Positions 1-8,089 of a stretch of DNA of 54,854 bases are shown here, in pieces. The stretch's first letter is position 1; each line of letters begins with the position of its first letter. The DNA comes from a virus (lineage: Duplodnaviria; Caudoviricetes), in IMG/VR virus record IMGVR_UViG_3300048066_000293, positions 1 through 54,854 of that record, one strand, 5' to 3'. The notes beneath the pieces were generated by a model that saw only the letters and a program-made list of their open reading frames with translations, did no database searches and had not been told where the DNA came from. The translations under genes and the position numbers were made by a program.

Positions 1-310
1 GTTCAACTGTTGCGTTGAGCAGCATGTTCATTTGATTGTGTGTGTTCTGCATAACAGCATTATCATCAACGTCAGCTAGATAGGTAATACCTAGATTTAG
101 ATTGGTGCGTCTTGATTGCTTTACGCCACCGCCTATGGTTTCTGCACGTTGCCAGCTGACCAAATTGTCAGTATCTGCACACTCCTGTTCTATTCTAGCT
201 ACAGTTTGTTCAGGGTTGGGCCATGCACGTTCGTATATTGAAATGCAGCCTGCTATAGTTGTTGTGGGTTCAATTTCACCAACAAAGTACCCATTGATGT
301 TATTTGCCAT
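1..310 (-). CDS. Partial CDS running off the left edge (MANNINGYFVGEIEP...); possibly the N-terminus of a 2OG-Fe(II) oxygenase
   Basis: Hand-translated open frame from ATG 310, overlapping the stop of the upstream gene and preceded by GGAGG; no catalytic motif inside the window. Confidence 0.55.
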   Translation of the reverse strand, partial: MANNINGYFVGEIEPTTTIAGCISIYERAWPNPEQTVARIEQECADTDNLVSWQRAETIGGGVKQSRRTNLNLGITYLADVDDNAVMQNTHNQMNMLLNATVE

Positions 311-464
311 GTTCTTGTGTCCTTCTCCATGTGCAGTAGTATTCGGCCCACAGTACCCATAGACCATATGCGACAGCGCCGCCCACTATTCCTCCTGTGA
401 AGAAAACAGTTAGCATTAACCATGCCCATACCACCGCGAGAATAATATCATAAGTTCTTATCAT
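300..464 (-). CDS. Small membrane protein, 54 aa (MIRTYDIILAVVWAW...)
   Basis: Hand-translated; two hydrophobic segments; TAAGTA 5 nt upstream of the ATG. Confidence 0.6.
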   Translation of the reverse strand: MIRTYDIILAVVWAWLMLTVFFTGGIVGGAVAYGLWVLWAEYYCTWRRTQEHGK

Positions 465-520
465 AACAATACTTATCTTGGGTTTTAATTAACTGTGTAT
501 ATAACTGGCTAAATATACAC

Positions 521-871
521 ATGACGTTTTACTGCACAACTCAACAGCTACTCAACAGTGTGTGGACACTGGAAGGCACTGTAGATGCACCCGCAAGCTC
601 AGACTGGGACTACACACTCACACCCTCACTTGCAAGCATACGCACTTGGGAAGTAGTTGAACACATACCCGGAGTTGCCACAGTTGCAGCAGCACATGAT
701 CCTTTTTGCGAATACTATGTGATTGTGAGCAGACTAGCAGGTGTAGAACCACAAGAGTTCTACGGTGAGACTGCTAGTGATCGTTGCTGTGCGCGAGCCG
801 GTGAGTTGGGTATTTCAATCTCTGCGACCACACAAACCACTACACTATACCGTTCAACTACCGAATTCTAA
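521..871 (+). CDS. Hypothetical protein
   Basis: 116-aa ORF; TAAATA at 510-515, 5 nt before the ATG. Confidence 0.7.
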   Translation: MTFYCTTQQLLNSVWTLEGTVDAPASSDWDYTLTPSLASIRTWEVVEHIPGVATVAAAHDPFCEYYVIVSRLAGVEPQEFYGETASDRCCARAGELGISISATTQTTTLYRSTTEF

Positions 872-1063
872 CAGCCACAGTGTGTGCAGTCGCTCATCTG
901 AAAACACCAATCGCTCACCCACAGGTCGAACTCCCCAACGCAGTAGTGCTACGTGTTCTATGTCTGACTGTGAGTGTACAGGATATTCTTGATGTATCTT
1001 AAGACACATTCTACACCAACCATCCCACCCTTCACTAGTGCTACAGTGATACCATTCTTGCAT
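854..1063 (-). CDS. Hypothetical protein (start revised to MQEWYHC)
   Basis: TAAATA at 1068-1073, 4 nt before ATG 1063; C-terminal F-x-D-x-R...LL pattern resembles 1299-1526. Confidence 0.6.
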   Translation of the reverse strand: MQEWYHCSTSEGWDGWCRMCLKIHQEYPVHSQSDIEHVALLRWGVRPVGERLVFSDERLHTLWLLEFGS

Positions 1064-1095
1064 AGTGTATTTACGCACACCGCACAAGCCTGAAC

Positions 1096-1166
1096 CCGCG
1101 AAGCGGCTTGCGCAACCAAACAGCCGCGAAGCGGTAAACGCTTTTTACAAAAAATTAGCGTTTACC
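1096..1166 (+). repeat. Two CCGCGAAGCGG mini-hairpins plus a 10-bp inverted repeat
   Basis: CCGCGAAGCGG at 1096-1106 and 1124-1134; GGTAAACGCT (1133-1142) pairs with AGCGTTTACC (1157-1166). Confidence 0.8.
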
Positions 1167-1298
1167 CACAGCAAAATCTACACGGTGTATACTAGCCGCA
1201 AACGCACATATAAAAAATAAAATCTCATAACCTAGCGTACACACCATTTGCAAAGCACTGCATTACACCGTAACAACAGGTTAAGCAAAAGATGAGTC

Positions 1299-1526
1299 TT
1301 ATTCAACAATCACAGGAGTAAACTTTGTGCTATCACTGAGCAGCAAACTAGCAAACATTCTATCTCTGTCACTAGTGAAGTGTATAGTAGTCGCCGACGT
1401 TTGATATGACTCTATACCGTGTGTTACGTACAAGTCTATAGTAGCACAGTGTGTGATTGACTCTTTGTAGTGCTGACTAGGAGTGTGCTGTTTGTGCGTA
1501 GGGTATATGAGTTTGAGTGTGTACAC
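1299..1526 (-). CDS. Hypothetical protein (probable GTG start at 1526)
   Basis: In-frame GTG 5 nt downstream of TAAGTA (1532-1537). Confidence 0.55.
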   Translation of the reverse strand: MYTLKLIYPTHKQHTPSQHYKESITHCATIDLYVTHGIESYQTSATTIHFTSDRDRMFASLLLSDSTKFTPVIVE

Positions 1527-1636
1527 ACAGTTACTTATGCTCGCCACAAGGGTAGAGGTTCTGTTTTTAGCGTACAAGAGCTAAAGCTCTAAATGCTCAT
1601 GCGAATCGCATTTGTGCAGCTTCGCTTAAATACAGT

Positions 1637-1843
1637 ATGACAATAACAAGATTCTTACAACTAGCAGCAACACCTACATTCCTAGCGTTAGCAGTGTACA
1701 CAGAACTACAGCCCGTGAGCATATGCACAGCAGTTACTCCCTTGCTAAAGAGCATGACTGTGATGTATGCGCTAATGGCTGTGTTTCATGTTACTCCATG
1801 GTTCCACACACGGTGCAGACAAGGTTGTGGGTGTAATACCTAA
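1637..1843 (+). CDS. Small membrane protein
   Basis: 68 aa with two hydrophobic stretches; TAAATA at 1627-1632. Confidence 0.65.
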   Translation: MTITRFLQLAATPTFLALAVYTELQPVSICTAVTPLLKSMTVMYALMAVFHVTPWFHTRCRQGCGCNT

Positions 1844-2032
1844 ATTCCCTACATAGAGTAAAAAAAATTGTGCGCAAAAAAATTTAGGGAAGTACTTACA
1901 CATTTCCGAAAGGGGTTTTTGCGTGAGAAAAAATTGGCGCTGCGGTTTCATTAAGCATAGTACTTATAGTTTCAACCTGGTGATTTCTATACCCCCCGGC
2001 CTCGAGAAAATTTTTTTTTATTTTTTCTTTTC

Positions 2033-2062
2033 AAAAAAAAAGCAACCGTTTCCGATTGCTTT
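2033..2062 (-). terminator. Intrinsic terminator ending the minus-strand early array
   Basis: Minus strand AAAGCAATCG-GAAA-CGGTTGC followed by a T9 run. Confidence 0.85.
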
Positions 2063-2140
2063 CCCCACACTGAAGTTTTTATGTGAGCTAACGAGGAGGA
2101 GTTCTCAGTGTGTTTGTAACCTCCCCGCGCCCTTTAGCAG

Positions 2141-2506
2141 TTAGTCAGCTCTGCTGCCTGCATAGCAAGTAAAGCCAGCTGCCTTGAACACTTGCGCTGC
2201 CGCTCGTGCTCCTGCTTCCTTAGTACTCATACACTGAGTACCTAAGCCACTTGGGTTCCATATTGAATATGCTCCCGTGTAGTCCTTCTCAAAGCCTGCA
2301 CTCTTCATACGGCGTCCTAGCTTGGTGCTGCCTTTGATGCCGTAGATGTTGATCCAAGCAAAGCCACAGTAGGCATGCTCGCCGTACTGCTCTAGATGTG
2401 CGTTGGCTGCATCACTTGCATGTTGCAGTGCCGCTGCCTTAATAGCCTGTAGGTCCTCTACAGTGTAGTCATTAAGGTTAGTAGTTGTTAAGTTGATTGT
2501 AGTCAT
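2141..2506 (-). CDS. Hypothetical early phage protein (CGFAW motif)
   Basis: 121-aa ORF; own sigma70 promoter; GAGGGC leader at 2514-2519. Confidence 0.8.
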   Translation of the reverse strand: MTTINLTTTNLNDYTVEDLQAIKAAALQHASDAANAHLEQYGEHAYCGFAWINIYGIKGSTKLGRRMKSAGFEKDYTGAYSIWNPSGLGTQCMSTKEAGARAAAQVFKAAGFTCYAGSRAD

Positions 2507-2580
2507 TTAAGAAGCCCTCTTAATTTGTTAGTGTCTATACAGTATACGATCTAGTTGACTGTTTGTCAACCCCTAATTGC

Positions 2581-3168
2581 CTATGCTTCATACACTGTAG
2601 GACGTTGGATAGAGTTAGCATCACAGTAGATGTTGAGCTCGTCCAATACACTAGTAAGGAAGTTATACTTGCGCATCGCTTCAGCGTGGCTGATCTCTCC
2701 ATCACAGTGTAGGTTCTCTGGTGATAGTTCACCGTCCAGCTTTGATCCAATGTATTGTGCTGTTGAAGCATCTAGTGGGAACTCAATGCTGGCATCCTTA
2801 AAGATAGCGTTCCAGCTGTTGATCTGCTCTACATAGTTAGTGAGCACATCACCTGGAGTAGCCATAGTCTCGTCTAGGATCTTGCCTGGCACAAAGTTCG
2901 AATGCATGCCTCGTGAGTACTGTGCAAATGAACGGCATGGTTGACGATCCCAACGCTTGCCTTCCTTGGTCTTAGCCTCTACACCATGCTTGGCTCTGTA
3001 TGCATCCAAGAAGCGAGCCGCATCACAGTCGCCTTCTAGATATGCTGTTGAACCTTTTTGGTATGAGTATGCTGAGATTTGATCTGCAATGCCCAGTTCT
3101 TCTAGTTCTGACTTGCGAACTGCTAACCACTCGTGACCTGCATCTATTGCCCAAATATATGTCTTCAT
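2581..3168 (-). CDS. Hypothetical early protein, apparently two domains
   Basis: 195 aa; DAGHEWL...YLEGDCD N-terminal part and LSPENLHCDGE C-terminal part; GAGGGC at 3175-3180. Confidence 0.8.
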   Translation of the reverse strand: MKTYIWAIDAGHEWLAVRKSELEELGIADQISAYSYQKGSTAYLEGDCDAARFLDAYRAKHGVEAKTKEGKRWDRQPCRSFAQYSRGMHSNFVPGKILDETMATPGDVLTNYVEQINSWNAIFKDASIEFPLDASTAQYIGSKLDGELSPENLHCDGEISHAEAMRKYNFLTSVLDELNIYCDANSIQRPTVYEA

Positions 3169-3231
3169 GTTGTTGCCCTCTTTGCTAGTTTATGTATACA
3201 TTATATGATCTAAATTGAGGTTTGTCAACCC

Positions 3232-3510
3232 CTAATTTAGGTATTCTGTATTCTTTTTTAGGTACCATTTCTCCAGCACAGGAAGACCAAACTCGTCTTC
3301 GTCCACAGCCACGTATGCCACAGTCTTCTTGACTATAGCATAACGGTAGCCTCGCATGCCGCATACACCTTCACCACCTACCCAAACCTTGTGCGGAAAG
3401 TCTTCGCACCAGTTCATAGGATCATCGTTGAGTGAATATTCAAAGTAATTGCCCACTTCCCGCTCTACGAAGCAACCTATTGGATCTTTGGTGTAGGTGT
3501 AATATGCCAT
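3232..3510 (-). CDS. Hypothetical early protein
   Basis: 92-aa ORF; own promoter; TAGGGC and AAGGGC in the leader. Confidence 0.8.
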   Translation of the reverse strand: MAYYTYTKDPIGCFVEREVGNYFEYSLNDDPMNWCEDFPHKVWVGGEGVCGMRGYRYAIVKKTVAYVAVDEDEFGLPVLEKWYLKKNTEYLN

Positions 3511-3582
3511 GTGCTGTGCCCTTTGCCCTAACTGTTATATACAGTATACGATCTAATCGTGTGTTTGTCAACCATTATTTGT

Positions 3583-3749
3583 AAAAAAAAGCTCCCACTA
3601 GCGAGGGCACACTAGTGAGAGCTCCAGTCGATATGTGAGCGTGAGGGCATACTCTCAACATATCTAGTTGGCGCACAGCTCTTGATGGCTGCTTGCCAGT
3701 CGGTGCGTGGATGAGGGCGGTCCACTACACCATACAGTTCAGCGGAGCG
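3583..3749 (-). ncRNA. Candidate structured RNA / 3'-UTR sRNA: four hairpins, three with GCCCUC loops, the last doubling as a terminator
   Basis: Hairpins at 3701-3732 (loop CCGCCCUCA), 3669-3698, 3630-3664 (loop AUGCCCUC) and 3590-3623 (loop GUGCCCUC, then a U8 run); several stem mismatches become G-U pairs only on the minus strand. Confidence 0.75.
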
Positions 3750-4751
3750 TTATGCTCGACGCATCACCGTATTCTCTGCCATTGCTTCCCACTTGGTGGG
3801 GAATGCTTTGGCTAAGTCTGCGATCTTTAGTACTGTGCGCAATGACAGTTCACGCAGTCTGTTCTTGTTAATATCAACGAAGTCTACAATCTCCTCTTTG
3901 ACTTCATCTGACAGCTTGTATGCATCCAACATGCCATCATTGGTGACCTGCTTGATGCGTAGCATCTTGTCCTTGTCGGTATCGATCGTAAGATCCATAT
4001 AGTGACAACGCGACTCTAGTGCAGTCAAGTGCTCACGCAACTTGCCTTTGACTTTGTCAAACTTCATATTGGTAATGAAGATTGCACTTGCTTCGAACTT
4101 GAAGCTGTCTGGCACACCTTCGTTACGCAACTTGAAGCTGTCTGTGTTCCAGTGAATGGTGCGTGTCTTCTTAGAGTCTAGAGCAGCTTTTAGAATGTTC
4201 AAGCTCAGATCATCTTGGAAGATGCTGTCACAGTCATCAAACACCACAACGTTGCCTTTGGCACTCATGTTGAACAGCTTGCAGTAGAGGCCAATGGGCG
4301 ACATAGCACCTTTGATCACCTCGAACGATTTTCCGGCGCCCAACGACTCCATAGTCTTGTAGCGGTCTAGTACTTCTTCAACACCGTGGCTCTTACCTAC
4401 GCCCGGAGGGCCGGAGACGATCATTGCTCGCACATCTCCCTTTTTGACGGCTTTGGTCATGTCTTTCAACATTTCAAAACGTTCGCGGATGCGCTCTACA
4501 ATTTCAGCGTCTGACTCCTCGCGGACAGTTGTCTTGACATTCTCACCAACAAGCTCGTAACCCTCCGGGCCTAACACCTTAATCTTGATGTTCCGGTCCG
4601 GAAAACCGTTCACAGCCGCACCGTCGACTGTCACGTAACCTCCCTTTGCTCCTACTTTAAACTCTTCTACCATCGGAAACACAAGACCTGAAATGTCTGT
4701 ATCGTTGCCTCTGATCTTGTATGTGCCTTCAATAATTCTAATATTTGTCAT
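3750..4751 (-). CDS. AAA+/SF3-like P-loop ATPase (start revised to MTNIRII)
   Basis: Walker A GPPGVGKS, Walker B VVVFDDCD, motif C IFITN; the ORF-track start lies inside the promoter; GAGGGC at 4755-4760. Confidence 0.85.
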   Translation of the reverse strand: MTNIRIIEGTYKIRGNDTDISGLVFPMVEEFKVGAKGGYVTVDGAAVNGFPDRNIKIKVLGPEGYELVGENVKTTVREESDAEIVERIRERFEMLKDMTKAVKKGDVRAMIVSGPPGVGKSHGVEEVLDRYKTMESLGAGKSFEVIKGAMSPIGLYCKLFNMSAKGNVVVFDDCDSIFQDDLSLNILKAALDSKKTRTIHWNTDSFKLRNEGVPDSFKFEASAIFITNMKFDKVKGKLREHLTALESRCHYMDLTIDTDKDKMLRIKQVTNDGMLDAYKLSDEVKEEIVDFVDINKNRLRELSLRTVLKIADLAKAFPTKWEAMAENTVMRRA

Positions 4752-4807
4752 GTTGCCCTCGCATGTGTTAATGTATGTATACATTATATGATCAACTGTG
4801 CTAGTTG

Positions 4808-4975
4808 TCAACCAAAAATTAACCTAAGGATGATATATCCTACAACAATAGTCGTTGTCCACCATACTAGACTAGTCAGCATCTGCTCAATGAAACCTAC
4901 CTCTGTGTTACAAGAGTGGCACTTGGGAGCAAAGAAACCTTTATCCATAGTATGACAGTTCGGACATATCGCCAT
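4808..4975 (-). CDS. Small zinc-ribbon membrane protein (start MAICPNCH)
   Basis: CPNC...CHSC plus a C-terminal hydrophobic helix; GGAG SD; TAATG coupling. Confidence 0.7.
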   Translation of the reverse strand: MAICPNCHTMDKGFFAPKCHSCNTEVGFIEQMLTSLVWWTTTIVVGYIILRLIFG

Positions 4976-5115
4976 TATAAAACTCCAATCATCACGGTTG
5001 GTTGCAGCATCGCAGCTAACCATATCAGCAAACCTCCTGCAACAGCAAAGATGCTGCTGAGGATGCCCGTTTGCCAAAGTATTAATACCAAAAGAACTTT
5101 AAGGAGTGTTCTCAC
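4975..5115 (-). CDS. Small membrane protein, 46 aa (VRTLLKVLLVLILW...)
   Basis: Hand-translated; GTGA overlap with the upstream stop and TAATG overlap with the downstream start. Confidence 0.65.
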   Translation of the reverse strand: MRTLLKVLLVLILWQTGILSSIFAVAGGLLIWLAAMLQPTVMIGVL

Positions 5116-5303
5116 GCGAACATCTCCTCCCAAGCATCTGCTGTGATGCCTGTCTTGAAAAACTCGCGGTCGTCCGCGCTCAGTTGGGGGAATGCATTTT
5201 GGAGCAGCGCACCTGCTTCGTAAGCAGCAACTTGCTCTGGAGTAATATCCAGATCCATTGTGTTGACTTCACCGTTGAAAGGATTAGTACGTGTAATAAG
5301 CAT
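5112..5303 (-). CDS. Hypothetical early protein
   Basis: 63 aa (LLQNAFPQLSADDREFFKTGIT); own promoter. Confidence 0.8.
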   Translation of the reverse strand: MLITRTNPFNGEVNTMDLDITPEQVAAYEAGALLQNAFPQLSADDREFFKTGITADAWEEMFA

Positions 5304-5384
5304 GATGTTCCCTCTTTGATTGCCCTAACTGTTATAAACAGTATAACAGGGGTTAACGCAATTGTCAACCCCTATTATTAAGTT

Positions 5385-5630
5385 TTATGAAAAAACTTTA
5401 GCTCGTGAGCCGTTGACGTCACGTGCTGACACTGCATATCGTGCAGTACCTTTTGAGCTTGTGTCAACTCGGACGTTAAGTCCTGCTGAACGCAGTTCGC
5501 TCATTCGAGCAGCCAACTTCTGAATGCCGAATCGCGCATTCGCATCTGCTGCTGTCAAAGTCTTGCCTGTTCCACGTAGGTACGTTTCAAGGAAAGCCTT
5601 TTGATTAGTCTTAATAGTAGTAAATGACAT
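5385..5630 (-). CDS. Winged helix-turn-helix DNA-binding protein
   Basis: LT..DA..RFGI.KLAARMSELR..G pattern of phage wHTH (HTH_39-like); canonical GGAG SD. Confidence 0.75.
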   Translation of the reverse strand: MSFTTIKTNQKAFLETYLRGTGKTLTAADANARFGIQKLAARMSELRSAGLNVRVDTSSKGTARYAVSARDVNGSRAKVFS

Positions 5631-5749
5631 ATGTCTTTCTCCGTTTGCCTAAGTTTAAGTTTTAACAGTCTTTCTCTAACTGTTATATACAGTATAGCAC
5701 CTTCTGTGCTTTTGTCAACCCCTAATTGCATCTTTTTTGCAATTAATTT

Positions 5750-5836
5750 TGGTGCCTCCACCCAGACTCGAACTGGGACGCCATTACTAGCGAGAGATTT
5801 TAAGTCTCTTGTGTCTACCTATTCCACCATGGAGGC
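5750..5836 (-). tRNA. tRNA-Leu (TAA)
   Basis: GCCTCCATGGTGGAATAGGTAGACACAAGAGACTTAAAATCTCT...GTTCGAGTCTGGGTGGAGGCACCA; long variable arm; encoded CCA. Confidence 0.95.
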
Positions 5837-5840
5837 TAAT

Positions 5841-5917
5841 TGGCCTGCCCTGCAGGATTCGAACCTGCGACCCACAGCTTAGAAGGCTGTTGCTCTATCC
5901 AGCTGAGCTAAGGGCAG
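5841..5917 (-). tRNA. tRNA-Arg (TCT)
   Basis: CTGCCCTTAGCTCAGCTGGATAGAGCAACAGCCTTCTAAGCTGT...GGTTCGAATCCTGCAGGGCAGGCCA. Confidence 0.95.
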
Positions 5918-6082
5918 TTAGAAGTGTTCCTCCTGCTCTAAGTGACGCTCATACTCATCAGCTTGTGTTTTATAGTTGTTGAGCATGGTGTCCAGCTCTC
6001 TGCTGAACGTTGGTGAACATGCTGAGCCCGCTAGCCGCTTGAGGCGTTCGAGATTGTCGATGAAATCTAGCAGATCAATCAT
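5918..6082 (-). CDS. Hypothetical protein, 54 aa (MIDLLDFIDNLERL...)
   Basis: Hand-translated; TAATG coupling; stop codon abuts the tRNA-Arg 5' end. Confidence 0.6.
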   Translation of the reverse strand: MIDLLDFIDNLERLKRLAGSACSPTFSRELDTMLNNYKTQADEYERHLEQEEHF

Positions 6083-6276
6083 TACTGCACCCACACATGG
6101 TTAAACTTTGCGGGGTAGTTGGAGCAGTTGAATTGCTCGTCTGTGTAGTTAACGACCTTGACACACTGGTCTGTGCTGTAGCTGAAGTGTACATCTGGTA
6201 TCTTCAATGCTTCATTACCTGCATATGCTGCCAATGCAACCACTCCTGCTACTACTGCGCCTGTTAAATATTTCAT
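6082..6276 (-). CDS. Small exported or membrane-anchored protein
   Basis: N-terminal hydrophobic helix; two Cys; GAGGGC at 6282-6287. Confidence 0.75.
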   Translation of the reverse strand: MKYLTGAVVAGVVALAAYAGNEALKIPDVHFSYSTDQCVKVVNYTDEQFNCSNYPAKFNHVWVQ

Positions 6277-6317
6277 GTTCTGCCCTCTGTTTCCTAACTG
6301 TTATATACAGTATATGG

Positions 6318-6755
6318 TCAGTTGAACTCTTTGTCAACCACTTTTGGGTCAATATCTTGAAATAATTTCATGCCTAGGAAGTCCTGTTTGAGGATCTCTA
6401 GCATACGAACAGCTTCTTGTTGAGCTTCGCTGATGGCATCATCTACCATATCTTCTACTTGATCTTGCCCATCGTTTGCCAGCCACTTGGCAGGACTCTC
6501 ACTTACGATAGAGCCTAGATAGCTCTCGCCCATGACCTTGCCGTCATACTTGGCTTGGACTCTACAGATCATGTGCTGCCAAAAGCCTGACTCCAAGTTC
6601 TCGATCAGCTCTGGATAGTAGTCTGCATCTGTATCAAACAGGAGATCCAGCTGCGTATCGTCTGGTGCGAACGCAATCTCAACAATGAACTGATCTCGAT
6701 CGAACTGTTCTTCTACTTGATAGTTCGAGTTGTTTTCAAAAAAGGTATGTGTCAT
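6318..6755 (-). CDS. Acidic hypothetical protein
   Basis: 145-aa ORF; TAATG coupling. Confidence 0.75.
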   Translation of the reverse strand: MTHTFFENNSNYQVEEQFDRDQFIVEIAFAPDDTQLDLLFDTDADYYPELIENLESGFWQHMICRVQAKYDGKVMGESYLGSIVSESPAKWLANDGQDQVEDMVDDAISEAQQEAVRMLEILKQDFLGMKLFQDIDPKVVDKEFN

Positions 6756-6967
6756 TAAGCAAACTCTTCTTCCTGAGCTGATTCAATCAAGCTCGCTAGG
6801 GTTGTATCATAAGGATTAGAACTAGTACCAAACTCAAATGCACCGTAGGCTTCGCCTTGATCGTGCAAACTGGGACAGTTCTCTTGGAAAATTTCAGCAG
6901 CTTCTGCACCCAGTGCTGCCAGTTCTTCTTGGATCTGCTCCAAGCGTTGCATCATTTCATTATTCAT
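6755..6967 (-). CDS. Acidic hypothetical protein (start MNNEMMQ)
   Basis: GGAG before ATG 6967; overlaps the upstream stop. Confidence 0.7.
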   Translation of the reverse strand: MNNEMMQRLEQIQEELAALGAEAAEIFQENCPSLHDQGEAYGAFEFGTSSNPYDTTLASLIESAQEEEFA

Positions 6968-7175
6968 ATGACTCTCCAAAGTCTGCCCATTCCTGCTCCC
7001 AGGTAGGTTGCCCATCATCTTCGTCTTCGAAGAATCGCTCACTCAACTCGTTTGAGTCAAGCATGTCTTCAACATCATCGTTGCTCATATACTTGAGCGC
7101 CATAGTCAGCAGCTCTTCTGCTGATACCATACCGTTCTCAACAAGCTCTAATGCGATATCTCTGTAGTTTGCCAT
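6960..7175 (-). CDS. Acidic hypothetical early protein
   Basis: 71 aa ending DGQPTWEQEWADFGE; GAGGGC at 7184-7189. Confidence 0.8.
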   Translation of the reverse strand: MANYRDIALELVENGMVSAEELLTMALKYMSNDDVEDMLDSNELSERFFEDEDDGQPTWEQEWADFGESYE

Positions 7176-7247
7176 TTGCGTTTGCCCTCGCTTTGTTTAA
7201 CTATACATACACTATAACACCACTTGACGGTGCTGTCAACCCCTAAT

Positions 7248-7448
7248 TTAAATTAATTTCTCATACACAGCTTCACGAACGGCTGTGTCAGTTGCTTCCT
7301 CAAAGCCTTCCGCATGTCCCAGCTTGATCAGCTCGTGTTCTGCCCATTCCCAAACACGCTCGAATGAATCGAACTTGCGTAGTGCAACCCCTGCCTCAAC
7401 AATGCGGTGAACCAGTTCGTTGCCTTCTTTTGTAAACATCTCGTACAT
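7248..7448 (-). CDS. Hypothetical early protein
   Basis: 66 aa; own promoter; GAGGGC at 7453-7458. Confidence 0.8.
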   Translation of the reverse strand: MYEMFTKEGNELVHRIVEAGVALRKFDSFERVWEWAEHELIKLGHAEGFEEATDTAVREAVYEKLI

Positions 7449-7549
7449 ATTAGCCCTCTTCTTTATTGTTTAACTGTATACAGTATACAGTCTAATTAGG
7501 GGTTTGTCAACCCCTAATGTTAAAAAAGATTCCCTTGCAGATCAATGAC

Positions 7550-8089
7550 TTACATGTTTGGTGATAAATCAGTTAGATCTTCATCTTCTTCGTAATCTGC
7601 AAGCTGTTCATCTAGAGCAAACTCGTCTACGAGATACTCTGGAATCATGTTGCGAATAGTGTCTGAAGTTGCACTATCATACTCGTAATGGTCATCAGCA
7701 CCTTCTGAGTCCCAATAACCAACGAAGCACATGCCACTCTCGTGATAGTAGAGTTCAATGTAGCACGAGTCCCAGTCGTCTGCTAGACTGCTGAATGCTT
7801 CAATAGGCGGAGCCCATGCAGTATCGAACCAGCCAGTGATCTCAGCTGTGCCGTCACCATTGTCTACATACTCTAGGTGGACTTCAGGATCCCACTTGGT
7901 GCCCCAGTTGGTAACGCACCAGTCGTACCAGTTAGGAGTATCGCTAGGAGCCGTTGTGCCTTCTAGCTCTGCTGGCATAGGACAGATTGCTTGCAACAGT
8001 CCTTCGCCTGAGTCTACTACATCTTTGAGCTCTGACAGCGACTCAACAGCGCCGCGGATTGTGATTGTGTTGTTGCACCAATTAGGCAT
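7550..8089 (-). CDS. DUF1281/Api92-like ferredoxin-fold protein
   Basis: MPNWCNN start, WYDWCVTNWGTKWD, FDTAWAPP. Confidence 0.8.
   Translation of the reverse strand: MPNWCNNTITIRGAVESLSELKDVVDSGEGLLQAICPMPAELEGTTAPSDTPNWYDWCVTNWGTKWDPEVHLEYVDNGDGTAEITGWFDTAWAPPIEAFSSLADDWDSCYIELYYHESGMCFVGYWDSEGADDHYEYDSATSDTIRNMIPEYLVDEFALDEQLADYEEDEDLTDLSPNM

Noticed and set aside
1923-2144. 73-aa plus-strand ORF
   Set aside because: Runs through A/T tracts and the terminator; F/K runs; no SD or promoter
4752-4811. ORF-track N-terminal extensions (also at 8845, 10139, 10856, 5077, 7042, 32118, 41425, 47808)
   Set aside because: They start inside promoters or upstream genes; downstream ATGs have the proper leader motif
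5555-5882. ORFs 5555-5761 and 5631-5882
   Set aside because: They overlap a promoter and the two tRNA genes
6424-6430. GCGAAGC copies here and near 37145
   Set aside because: Inside coding sequence (Ser-Glu-Ala codons); probably incidental
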